Below are positions 52,829 to 64,000 of a stretch of 64,000 nt of DNA, piece after piece. How positions within the stretch are numbered: the first letter of the stretch is position 1; each line of letters begins with the position of its first letter. The notes under the pieces were generated by a model. The model ran no database searches and was not told the origin of the DNA. It saw nothing but the letters and a program-made list of their open reading frames with translations. The translations under genes were made by a program, and so were the position numbers. The stretch is from Octopus vulgaris. Lineage: Eukaryota. Location of the stretch: assembly GCA_951406725.2 (NCBI GenBank), contig OX597814.1, forward strand, positions 113,832,001-113,896,000, written 5' to 3'.

Positions 52829-52921
52829 TTTCTCTCTCTCTAAGAATATCAATGTTGAACCATTTTAATGAAAAAATGTTTTCGCCGCAAAATTGTCACA
52901 AGCATAAATAAAATCTATCCA

Positions 52922-53008
<87 letters not shown>

Positions 53009-53054
53009 TTACCTATCTATCTATCTAACGCATTATACATATCATACATACATA

Positions 53055-53422
53055 TATCATCATCATCATCATCATCGTTTACGTCCGCTTTCTATGCTGG
53101 CATGGGTTTGACATGGAGCTGACTACCTGGGAGCTGTCCAGATTCCGACTGTCTGCTGAGCCATGGTTTCTACGGTTTGATGCCCTTCCTAATGCTAAAC
53201 ACTTAATAGAGTGTGTTGGGTATTTTTTATGCGGCACCGGCACGAGTGCGTTAACACAGTCCTGGCACAGGTGCTTTGTAAGTGGCACTGGCACCTGAAA
53301 GGTACAAGTCTGTATGTGTGGAAGACAGCGATTTTACTTAGCTTGATGTGTGCTATCAAGTACAGCAATTCGCTACATCTCCCGATCCCTTATCATTTCC
53401 TCAGTGAGGCCCAGCATCCGAT
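53055..53422 (-). mobile_element. RTE-like LINE 3' end with (GAT)n tail
   Basis: Minus strand MLGLTEEMIRDREM*RIAVLDSTHQAK* then UTR with AGGAAGGGCATC and (GAT)n. Confidence 0.6.
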
Positions 53423-53430
53423 GTAAATGT

Positions 53431-53522
<92 letters not shown>

Positions 53523-53640
53523 TGTTGTTTTCGGGATGGTCACTTCTTTTTGCTAAATATACACACGCACTATATATATATTTTTCTTCACTCGTTTATT
53601 ACTGTTCTTATTTTATTAAATTTCACTCGTGTCCACTGTC

Positions 53641-53681
53641 CGGAAATCTTTCGTCACACATCTGTGACCTCTTCAGCGTCA
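53641..53681 (-). ncRNA. Hammerhead core, left arm
   Basis: Minus strand CG-CTGAAGA-G-GTCACA(GATG)TGTGAC-GAAA-GATT-TC-CG. Confidence 0.55.
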
Positions 53682-53773
53682 CTTTTCGATTTCGTGTGTG
53701 TTCTTGCTCCTCTTACTCCATTGTGATTTTCTAATAGAGTAAGTGGAGCAAGAACACACACGAAATCGAAAAA

Positions 53774-53814
53774 TGACGCTGAAGAGGTTACAGATGTGTG
53801 ACGAAAGATTTCCG
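53774..53814 (+). ncRNA. Hammerhead core, right arm
   Basis: CG-CTGAAGA-G-GTTACA(GATG)TGTGAC-GAAA-GATT-TC-CG; stem I only 2 bp. Confidence 0.55.
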
Positions 53815-54497
53815 GAGAATGGACACGAGTGAAATTTAATAAAATAAGAACAGTAATAAACGAGCGGAGAAAACAATACATAGTGCGTGTGTTTATTTGA
53901 CAAAAAAAAAAAAAGGAAAAAATGACTATTTCCCGAAATACAATATCTGTTTTAACACACGATTTCACATTAGGAATCTTGCAAAACGGATTGATAAACC
54001 ACACACGTACACACAAACACATATAATTCTTTTCTGTTGCACTTGCATTATTAGTTCGTAACGTTACGATGGTCGAAAGACCCTTTCATTTATTCATTTA
54101 TTTGTATTCGTATATGTACAATTCTTTTTCTTTTTGTATAGCCGAAAAGCGTTCTGTTCATGTATAGTTCTAGCTTTCTCGTTTTTGTTTCTATTCATGT
54201 TTTCGTCTTTATATACATTCGTTTGCCTTTCCCAGAGGCTTAATGTTTATAGCTTAAGTCCCTGACACCCGCCGGATTCAAGTGGTCTTGGAGATAAGGG
54301 GGCGAAACTACAATGATTTTCTGGACTCCGGCTGATGAGAAAATCGGTTGCGAACGATCCGTGTATCTTGTTTTTGTCCTGTTTGTCGTTTGTCGTGCTA
54401 TGGTCAATTTTTCGGCATGTTGTGTTTTGTTGGTTTCCGTTTGTTGTGTTCTTTCTGTCCTACCTTTGATTTATATATATATATATATATATATATT

Positions 54498-54573
<76 letters not shown>

Positions 54574-54848
54574 AGATATTGGTTTTCCTATTGTGCTTTT
54601 CTTCTCGTTCCACTATTTGCATCAACGTTCTTCTCGTTATTTTCTCATATAGTTTGCATAGACCAGCGTCCTGGTTTTTAAATATATTTAGCGCTATGAA
54701 CTGAACCTGAATAGTCGCTTAGAGATACATCTGCCAATTTAATATATATTAAACCACGAAACTATTAACTCTTTTGCAATTGTGCATATATAGTACTTCT
54801 TTGTTAATCCTACCTATACTACACACATACATACATACACACATATGT

Positions 54849-55142
54849 TGTTTGTTCCTTCTCGAGCCACGCCTGGCTCATAGGGCCGGTTTCCTTGGTG
54901 TATAGGTTCCCCATCTAGACGAGACGCCGGTCCGTCGCAGGTGAACTGCGAGATGCAGGAGGAAAGAGTGAGAGAAAGTTGTGGCGAAAGAGTCAGCAGA
55001 AGTTCGCCATTACCGTCTACCGGAGCCGCGTGGGGCTTAGGTGTTTCACTCATAAACACACACATCACCTGGTCTGAGATTCGAACCCGCGATTCCTCGA
55101 CCGCGGGTCCGCTGCTCTAACCACTAGGCCATGTGCCTCCAC
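54849..55142 (-). mobile_element. SINE head D with V-domain-like tail and 12-bp TSD
   Basis: Reverse complement of 5587-5881; TSD ACACACATATGT at 54837-54848 and 55143-55154. Confidence 0.9.
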
Positions 55143-55327
55143 ACACACATATGTAATTATGGTATATTCTGTCAGGAACATAGTACAGTATAAAGCACGC
55201 CCACCTGTGCTATCCAGTAGTACGATACGTACTTCTAGGTTTGCGTTCGAACATCTATCGTGTGTGAATAGATGACTGAAAAAATTGGAGTCAACAAGAA
55301 GGGGTACGACTGGACATTTATTCTTTA

Positions 55328-55433
55328 ATCACTACAATTGTTTCCACGCAACGTAGTTCTCCAGGTGTGCAGGTACTTTGTTATTCAACCGTTTCCCTGC
55401 TTTATTAGACATAGTTGGGTTTTCTCAGGTGAT
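55328..55433 (-). ncRNA. Decayed long-stem-II hammerhead motif
   Basis: Minus strand ATCAC-CTGAGAA-...-GAAA-CAATTG-TA-GTGAT: perfect 5-bp stem I, palindromic stem III, core one base short. Confidence 0.45.
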
Positions 55434-55833
55434 ATGTAAATATCGTCTCCGTAAGTTTGAAATCTTCGGCTTCAGGAACATCTCTGTCCGTCTTGGCCTG
55501 AATTTAGCAGTAGTCACCGAGCTTATCAGGGTGTGTTGCTGCTGAAAGTGTAGATGTAGTGGGATGGTGATTCTGTTACTGATAAAATGGTTGCCATTTT
55601 AAAGGGATTGGCATTTGATTTCTTTGTACTGCTGGTTTGTTCTTCATGGCTGGTTACACATGCGATTGTCCTTAGCTGACCTTTAAAATTCGAGCTATTC
55701 GTACAGATACTTATTGGTTCACATATACTTCCATATATGTACTAACGCTCGAACACACACACATACATACGCACGCACACACACATGTATACATATATAT
55801 ATATAAATTCACGTACATATATATTGTTGTTGT

Positions 55834-56206
55834 TCCTCATCTCCCCCTCCTCCTTTTTCTCCTCCTCCACCCCTTCTTTTCCTCCACTTCTTCTCCTCCA
55901 CCCTTTCTTCTTCCACTATTTCTTCTTCTCATCCTCTTCCTCCTCCTCCTTTTTCTTCTTCTCCTCCACCCCTTTCTTCTCCTTCTCATCCCCTCCTTTT
56001 CCTTCTCTTGCTCCTCCTTCACCCCCTTTTCTTCTTCATGTTCTCTCTTCCTTTCCCCTTTTCTTCTCCACCTCCACCCTTCTTTCCTATACACGCCCGC
56101 GCATGTGCGTCTCAGTCCGTCTTGCCTCTCTATTTATCTCCCGTTACATCAATCTCCCCTTGTTTCTAGGGTACCTAACAGAATAGGTTTACATATCTGA
56201 AAGCAA

Positions 56207-56285
<79 letters not shown>
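55834..56285. repeat. Polypyrimidine (CTT/CCT) tract followed by (GA)n
   Basis: 55834-56087 almost purely C/T; 56209-56282 (GA)n. Confidence 0.9.
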
Positions 56286-56548
56286 AAGAGAAGGGATGAG
56301 CAGAGAAATTGTATAAGAAAGAGGAAAGTATGGTTGCGTGGGTAAGAATAACAGTCGAATAAGAAATATATTTCGATTAAAATCTCCGATGATTGTCAGT
56401 CAGATAAATATAGAGATTATAACCTATTAATTTATTACCTATAAAAACACGGTTATATGGACATATACGAAATCAACATGAAATATATACATACATGCAT
56501 ACATAAATGCTTACTTATACAAACGCATACATATATATAAATACACAT

Positions 56549-56600
<52 letters not shown>

Positions 56601-56918
56601 CTTCCACTTTTCCTGAACGTCAATATAATACACCTTTGTTGGCCCTTCAAATAGTCTTGAAATATTCTGTATTATATAAGGCGTCAAGCTGGCAGCTTCA
56701 TTAGCACGCCGGGTAAACTGCTTAGAAGAGTTTCGTCTGTTTTTACCATCTGAGTTCAAATTCGGTGTCCGCCTCGGTCGGCTTTGCTTTTCATCCATTC
56801 AGGGTCGATAAAATAATTACTAGTTTAGCACTGGGATCGATGTAATCAACTTACACACCTCTTCTGAAATTGCTGGCCTTGTGCCAAATTGAAATCGAAA
56901 TATGTTGTAACATATGTA

Positions 56919-57027
56919 CAGTAATCCTTCGTCATATCGCAGTTCATCTTTCGCGGTTTGCTATTTGAGCTTACGTCGAATCCTCCGTGTTTTTTTTTCT
57001 CGCATTTATGATAAAATAAATATGTAC

Positions 57028-57065
<38 letters not shown>

Positions 57066-57166
57066 TATTTACAGAACATTACTGTTTCTACTTCACAGAT
57101 TTTCACCATTTCACCAATCACGTGAGTTTTTGGAACGTAACACTCGCGATAGTCAAGGGGTTACTG
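56919..57166. mobile_element. pogo/Tigger-like MITE, complete
   Basis: TA|CAGTAATCCTTCGTCATATCGC ... GCGATAGTCAAGGGGTTACTG|TA. Confidence 0.8.
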
Positions 57167-57187
57167 TACTGTTGTATCATTTACAGA

Positions 57188-57343
57188 GGCGCAGGAGTGT
57201 GTAGGTAGCTTGCATACCAACCACATGGTCCCGGGTTCAGTCCTACTGCGTAGCATCTTGGGCAAGTGTCTTCTACTATAGCCTCGGGCCGACCAAAGCC
57301 TTGTGAGTGGATTTGGTAGACGGAAACTGAAAAATGCCCGTCA

Positions 57344-57430
<87 letters not shown>

Positions 57431-57640
57431 ATGTTTGTGTATCTATGTTTGTCCCACCAACATGGCTTGACAACCGATGCTGGTGTGTTTAGGTCCCCGT
57501 AACTTAGCGGTCCGGCAAGAGAGACCGATAGGATAAGTACTAGGCTTACAAAGAATAAGTCCTTGGGTTGATTTGCTCGACTAAAGGCGGTGCTCCAGCA
57601 TGGTCGCAGTCAAATGACTGAAACAAATAAAAGAAAAAAG
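57188..57640 (+). mobile_element. SINE family B, full length
   Basis: Same bipartite structure as 15696-16105 with central (TA)n(TG)n. Confidence 0.9.
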
Positions 57641-58544
57641 GACTCGGTATAGTAATGGCAGAATTATGGAAATATGTAAATTTATTATGTAAATATAGAG
57701 AAAGATACGCAATTGTATGTATTATAAAGCATAACCAAAATAGTGATCAGCTTCAGCTTGATCAGAACCATGGGGATGGGAACTGAGAAACATGTGGTTG
57801 GGAAGCAGACGACTTACCGCACCGCCACATCCTGAGAAGTATAAGTTTCTCTATGATTTCCTTTATAACATAGTGTCTAAGCTCCACATTACTTGAGGTT
57901 TCGTGGGCGCGTAGAACACGACCATCTTATCAGGTGATAGAGGTGCTTGGAGATGGCCCTAGCATCCAATGACATGGAAATGTCCTACAAACTCAGGAAG
58001 TCATGTTGGGTTGCGTCAAACTGTTCATAAAAATACACTTAATTCTCATAAAGTGTATTGAGTGCTACTTTTTTCATTTGCCCACTCGCTCATCTATCTC
58101 TTTCTCTCTCTCTCTATCTCTCACTCTCAGTGTTTCTCAAAAGGGAGGCCTATGGGACGGTCGGACAAGTTGTTTTGAGAAAATTTGGTTTAAATGTTTG
58201 ACAACTCAGCACCGTACATTGAACGGGGGGCGTTTTGCTCGTATATATGTGTGTGTGTGTGTGTGCGCGCGTGCATGTACATATGTATATATGCTCAGAT
58301 GTACGCATATATATCATATATATATATATACACACACACACAGACACACACATATGTATGTATGAATAAACTATACATGGATGCCTACACAAAAGTACCA
58401 ACTCACATAGCTTAAAGATAAATTTAGAACAATCCAACACAGGTTAAATTTTGAACCCACTGTCAATATGTTTACTATATATACATATATACGTGAAAGC
58501 GCGTATATGTGATCACACACGCGCGCACGCACACACACACACAC

Positions 58545-58584
<40 letters not shown>

Positions 58585-58814
58585 AGTTGAGGATGTAATC
58601 ATTAAAAAGATTATATCAGTGTAAAGTAATCTTTATCACAGAAATCTTAAGATATAGAATTATCCGACATTTTGTAAATCGTCTTGCTCATTACCTCGCA
58701 TTCAACCATGGGTTATAGAGAATAAATTTAGTGTGGATTTGATACCTGCGTCTCGTGTATAGGCGCTGACATTCCAGTGCCCTTAACTGTAATTATATAT
58801 TTTTAATTATATAC

Positions 58815-58917
<103 letters not shown>

Positions 58918-59637
58918 TTGCCACACACACACACATACATATATATATATACACACATATAATAACATATAATAGCAAGTAAAATAACATAAAATAACAT
59001 ATTTTACTTGCTAAACTAAAATCAGAAACCAGTTGGTCCAGGAAACTAGATGGTAAAATGGTTTTGTTTTTTCATTTCGATCCCGTCGAATTTTATCCCT
59101 AATTTTGTGGTTATGGAACCTAGCTGTTCTTTCTAGCGTGTTGAATCCCACAAATGGATTCCTCATGTGTTTAAATGCACATTGTATTTTATATATATAT
59201 ATATATATAGGCGCAGGAGTGGCTGTGTGGTAAGTAGCTTGTCTAACCTCACTGACAGAAGAGTGACTTTGCTTACCGTACTACGGTTTGGACGCGTTTT
59301 CTTCCCGGTAAGAATTTTGCTGTGTTGTTAATTGTTGAATTTCTACTACTGAAAATTTGTCTTTAAACGTTGCTGAATTGTCTTGTTCTCCGGTTTTACC
59401 GGGGAATAATTGGATAATTTCTTACCGTTGAACTGTTAGCCATTGTGGCTTTTTATTTACGTGACTATATATAGTCCTGCCAGACTATTTTCGTGCCCCT
59501 CCCCCGAATGGGGGTGGGAATTGGAATTTTTGAACTGCTTTTTTGAACTACTTTGGAAGAAAAACTTTCTATAGGTTTCCCAGTTTTGTGGGAAACCAAT
59601 ACTCGTAATTTTTGTGTTGTCTAATTTCAACAGAATA

Positions 59638-61041
59638 ATGTCTGTTGAAATTATTCACGAAAGTAGTGCTCTTGAGGAGAGCAATGTTAAAAAATTTTCT
59701 GAGGTAGCCGCAGTGGCTACCGAGAACATTGACATCGATGTCAACCAGCTCGTCGAGCTATTTAAAAGAATGCAAGAGGAGGGTGGTGATGTTAAAATAT
59801 CACCCTCCGCCAGTATCGTGGAGACCGAGAAGCGGACCGTAGTGTTTAAAACTTTCTGTCCACAAAGCAGAAGGTTCAAACACTTTGAAAAAAGCACCAT
59901 CGAGAAATGCCTGTCCCCGATTTGGAAGGACATCGTGTACGTCGCCAGGGGACGGGCATATGGCACTGTGGATGTCCGCTTCTCGGGGGAAGAAATGGCC
60001 CGCGGGCATTCTGTGAACCCCCTAAAAACCAAGGAGGTGGTACTTTTCCCAAGCTATAGGGGACGCAGGACGTCCCGGGTCAGGATTGTAGAAGCCCCGC
60101 CGGAAGTAGATCCGGTAGAGGTAGTGGCCGCCCTGTTATATAAAAGGGCGGACAAAATAAAAATACTAGAAGTAACATGCTCTACCCCTCTATTTTGGCT
60201 CGGGCGTAACATTAATATATTAATTCAAGGAACAGCGGAGGACCTGCAGCTCCTTCCTGAGAGGGTGCTCGTGGGCGAGAACGTAGCCCTCAGGGTACAG
60301 GTCGAAGGCCGAAAACCCACCTGTTACGCCTGCGGCAAAAAGGGCCACATTCGTGTAGACTGTCCAGACAAGCAAAAGAAACCGCAGACACCAGGCCCCT
60401 CAGATAATAAAAAAGTCCCTACCCTTGCAAACACACCTACCCCTACAAAAACAAAAAATCCCACTCCTGCTGTTACGGTGCCAACCCCAAAACAGACTGA
60501 AGAAAAAACCCAGCCCTCGCACTCACAAACCCCTACACTATTAAAACCTCCCACCCCCCTAAAAACTGCGGCGCCTACCGAACAAACTATTGCTACCCCA
60601 GACGATACCATGGAGGTATCAGAGGGGGGATTTACACCAGTTCGTAAAAGAATTCGTGCAGCATCCCCGTCCACATCCCCTACAAAAAATAATAAAAACA
60701 AAGACACACCACAGACACGGAAAAAAAAATCCCGCTCAACTGGCCCAGAAAAAGAAGACAAAAAAGAAAATGAACTCATATTAATTGAATTCGACACACA
60801 AGACAAATACATAAACGATATTGTGGTTCAGCATCAGTCAGCAAGACTGTACAACAAATACAAAGATCGAAATAGACACGCGTGGATTGCGGAAACAACG
60901 TTCAAACAATTAAAAGACAGACACCCAAACGCCATCCGGCATATCGCGAACTTGCCGGACTATCTGAAGAAAGAGGAGAAAGAAGGGGCCCACAAACGTG
61001 TGGTGAGGTCGGCCCCCACCTCTCCAACGAAATGTAAGTAG
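59638..61041 (+). CDS. ORF1 nucleic-acid-binding (gag-like) protein
   Basis: Open frame from ATG 59638; zinc knuckle CYACGKKGHIRVDC; Pro/Thr/Lys-rich linker. Confidence 0.9.
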   Translation: MSVEIIHESSALEESNVKKFSEVAAVATENIDIDVNQLVELFKRMQEEGGDVKISPSASIVETEKRTVVFKTFCPQSRRFKHFEKSTIEKCLSPIWKDIVYVARGRAYGTVDVRFSGEEMARGHSVNPLKTKEVVLFPSYRGRRTSRVRIVEAPPEVDPVEVVAALLYKRADKIKILEVTCSTPLFWLGRNINILIQGTAEDLQLLPERVLVGENVALRVQVEGRKPTCYACGKKGHIRVDCPDKQKKPQTPGPSDNKKVPTLANTPTPTKTKNPTPAVTVPTPKQTEEKTQPSHSQTPTLLKPPTPLKTAAPTEQTIATPDDTMEVSEGGFTPVRKRIRAASPSTSPTKNNKNKDTPQTRKKKSRSTGPEKEDKKENELILIEFDTQDKYINDIVVQHQSARLYNKYKDRNRHAWIAETTFKQLKDRHPNAIRHIANLPDYLKKEEKEGAHKRVVRSAPTSPTKCK

Positions 61042-61058
61042 AACTTTTACTTTTTGTA

Positions 61059-64000
61059 ATGGCTTCGCTTAACCTTGGTTGTTTAAATGTGCGTGGTCTG
61101 AGTTCGAAGTGGAAGCAGGCTTGTTTCCTCGACGACCTCAGATCACATAATATACATGTGATGGTTGCTACAGAGACCAAGCTGGACAGCCTACAAACCT
61201 TCTCGCCTCTCCTGAATGGCTACGAGAAAATCATGTCTCCTGGCCAGACCGGAGGGCGAGGGGGCGTAGTGGTACTGATCCGTAAAGACTTGGCTCTACA
61301 GACAAGTACAGTCTATGTAGACCCAGAAGGTGGGCTGGTCGTCCTTGATGTGACATACAGCAGTAAGGCCTTCAGGTTGATCGGACTCTATGCACCTTGT
61401 GCTAGAGGCTTCCAAACTGATTTTTATCGGCGCCTAGAGGGCTTTCTCGTGACGTCGAAGACTTTAGTGATATTAGGGGACTTTAATGCTATCGTTGACG
61501 TACACATCGATAGCGTTGGCTCGATCTATAGGAAAGTGAACTCACGTCTCGTGGATCTGCTTAAGCGGTTTCAGCTGGCAGATCGTTACAGACTTGACCA
61601 TCTGAACGTCCCAGAGTGGACCTGGATGAGTGGCGACGGAAGGTTCAAGTCTTATCTAGACAGGATAGTGATAAGAACTAGAGATAAGTCTAGTTTTAGT
61701 TGTCCACAGCTCGTCCAGGTGCCCTATACTGACCATAGAATGGTCACGTGTAGACTGGACATAGATAGCACACTTAAGATAGGAACCGGCTACTGGAAGC
61801 TGAACAAGTCTATTTTGACACGCGAGGCATACCGTGGCCAGATTAAGGTGTTAGTGCAGAGGGCGTTAACCGGAGCCGTGGTTAATAACCGGTGGTGGTT
61901 CACCCTCAAAAGAGCCATTCGATTCGAGTCCATTAGATTTAGTAAACAACTAAGACTAGATAGGGCTAGAATAGAAGGGCAACTAGTTAAGAACTTAGAG
62001 GAGGCGTTGAGGTTGGGCTCTGCATCTCACATTTTAGCGGCGAGAACGGCATTAGACCGTCACCTCAAAACCAAACATGAGGGATGTAGAGTCCGGGCTA
62101 AAGTACGCGCATTGGGCCGTGAGGGAATTAATGTTGCCGGATGGGCCCGTACGATAGAAACACAGCGTGGAAACGATGCCACAATTGGGTCTCTTGTTGA
62201 TGAAAACGGATGCACGATCAAGAAGCGGGACGAGATGTGTGTGAGGCACTTCACAAGCACTTCGCCGAGTTGTTCGGGAGGTGCGGGACGCTGGATCATG
62301 GTGAGGCCCTTAGGGACTTCCTGTCTGGTGGTCCGCGCCTCTCGACACGAGAGGCTGAGTGCTGTGAAGGGCCAATCACAGCCGAGGAAGTAATCGAGGT
62401 GTTGGGCAAGTGCCCCGGGGAGAAGTCGCCGGGTCTCGATGGTCTGCCCTATGAATTTTATAGAAGTATGCCAGACTTGTTCGGGCACCTGCTGGCTAGC
62501 GTCTACGCCAACTGGCAGCAGAATGGGAGAATTCCCAAGTCTGCGAGCCGGGGGGCGGTGACGTTGATCAGGAAGGACCCGAACAAGGGGGACGAGATAG
62601 GGAACTTCAGGCCCATAACTCTGTTAAACACAGAGTTAAAGATTCTGGCCAAGGTGCTAGCAAAAAGGTTGGCGCGGGTCGTGGACAAACTTGTCGGGGA
62701 AGCGCAAACGTGCGCTATCCCCGGCAGAACGATCCACGACAATCTCCACCTTATACGCTACTCCTTAGAGAGGGTGGGGAAGCTTTCTGGCGCAGGGGGA
62801 GCACTGGTACATTTAGACCAGTCCAAAGCATTTGATAGGGTCGACCATCGGTACCTGGCGGCGGTCCTCGGAGAGGCTGGCCTAGGCCCGACCTTTCGAG
62901 GCTGGATCGCTGCTTTGTATAGCGACATCGAGTCTGTAGTCAAGGTGAACGGTTCCTTTTCGAAGCCGTTCAGGATCGAGCGTTCAGTTCGTCAAGGGTG
63001 TCCCCTGTCCTCGCTCCTATACGTATTGGCTCTTGAGCCTTTGCTGCGGAAGTTGGAGGCACTAGGGGGCGCGCCGCATGATCTATGGTGTGGAAGAGGA
63101 GCTACGGCGTATGCGGATGACACCTCTATCATCGTGGCAGACGAAGGCCAGCTTCCAGTGGTGGAAGAGGCCATCAAAAGCTACGAGGCGGTGGCAGGAG
63201 CAAAGGTTAACAAGGACAAGTCGGTCGGTTTGCAACTCGGCACCTGGAGGGGCAAGCCGATGCCGTCCAACAACGTCGTAGGGCGTTGGACGGAAGGTCC
63301 TGTTAAGCTGCTCGGGAGTCTGGTTCGGGCCAGACCTCCAGATTGAGAAAAATTGGAGTGAGGTGGCCAACAAGGTGACCGCTCTAACCCAGACCTGGTC
63401 TGGGCGGGCGTTATCCCTGCTAGGGAAGGCGGAGGTGGTGCAGATGTTTATAGCATCAGTAATCACCTACCGTCTGACCGTGGTGCCTTGCCCCGATTTG
63501 TGGCTGAACAAGTTGGAGAGAATCCTTTTCCGATTTTTGTGGAAAGGAGGAAAGCCACTTGTAAAGCGCCCTGTCTGCTGCCAGAAACCGCTAAAGGGTG
63601 GGCTAGGGATGCCTTGGCTGAGGATGCGAAAACTCGCGTTAAGGTTGAGGCACCTCTGGCTTTACCTGGATGGAGAGCAGGTGTGGTCACCGCACGTCCG
63701 GTTCTACCTTCCCCAGTTAACATCCCTAACGGACATCGGTGCATGGATCAAGCGGAGACCTAAACTGAGTGAATGGCATTTGGAGTGCCGTCAGGCGCTC
63801 CAGCTACTATCTCGGGTGGGCAACGCCGGCAACAGGAGTTCCACCACGGATTTCTATAGCGGGTTAGTGGAGATTAAGTCCGAAGACGCCTTGGGGGAGA
63901 CCCTGGGCTACGATGAAAATCAGTTGGTCAACCTGTTCCGGAGGACGTTCGGGCCGGGGTATCTGGATAATTACCAGAAATCCCTGGCCTGGCAGTGTTT
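61059..64000 (+). pseudogene. ORF2 APE endonuclease + reverse transcriptase, two frameshifts
   Basis: LNVRGL, ATET, LGDFN, YLDRI, TDH; KSPGLDG, FRPITLLN, LDQSKAFDRV, VRQGCPLS, YADD; shifts at the (TG)4 run 62236-62243 and ~63314-63317; last frame (VWFGPD..WSGRALSLLGKA..GGLGMP) open to window end. Confidence 0.92.

Larger units (their letters stand above)
53520..54000. mobile_element. Head-to-head fold-back element with HHR cores in both arms and a one-sided tail
   Basis: Arms 53520-53722 / 53733-53945, 10-nt loop, ~55-nt extension on right; flanked by CA/TA repeats. Confidence 0.8.
59246..64000 (+). mobile_element. Near-intact Tx1/L1-clade non-LTR retrotransposon (continues beyond window)
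   Basis: 5' UTR, ORF1, 17-nt spacer, ORF2; starts directly after a truncated SINE B head (59210-59245). Confidence 0.93.

Noticed and set aside
54328-54362. CTGATGA..GAACGATC hammerhead-like motif
   Set aside because: Stem II needs substitutions and GAAA is incomplete
59655-63763. Antisense and alternate-frame ORFs within the Tx1 element
   Set aside because: Shadow ORFs of GC-rich coding sequence

Overview
AT-rich, microsatellite-saturated eukaryotic DNA, almost entirely intronic or intergenic. The SINE repertoire and repeat density suggest an Octopus-type cephalopod genome (inference; no database search was run). Nearly all long ORFs in the track are artefacts of (TA)n, (CA)n, (TATC)n and (CAT)n repeats. 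Supported content: a young, almost intact Tx1/L1-clade LINE running off the right end (ORF1 with CCHC knuckle; ORF2 APE+RT with two frameshifts) and a second 3' Tx1 fragment; a decayed hAT-like DNA transposon with ~260-bp TIRs; hAT and pogo/Tigger-type MITEs; RTE, CR1/L2-group and RLE-type LINE remnants; dozens of modular tRNA-headed SINEs; a 4 x ~203-bp tandem repeat; and a few low-confidence host exons. The main unexplained signal is a set of at least five sequence-unrelated families of short non-coding elements carrying type I hammerhead ribozyme (HHR) folds, about 14 motifs ranging from intact to decayed. Several sit as head-to-head fold-backs with a one-sided tail, and two fold-backs have 12-13-bp TSDs, which is Penelope-like insertion anatomy. 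One family has a Pol III tRNA-type head, i.e. a ribozyme-carrying SINE. All structure calls were made by eye and need covariance-model and biochemical confirmation.
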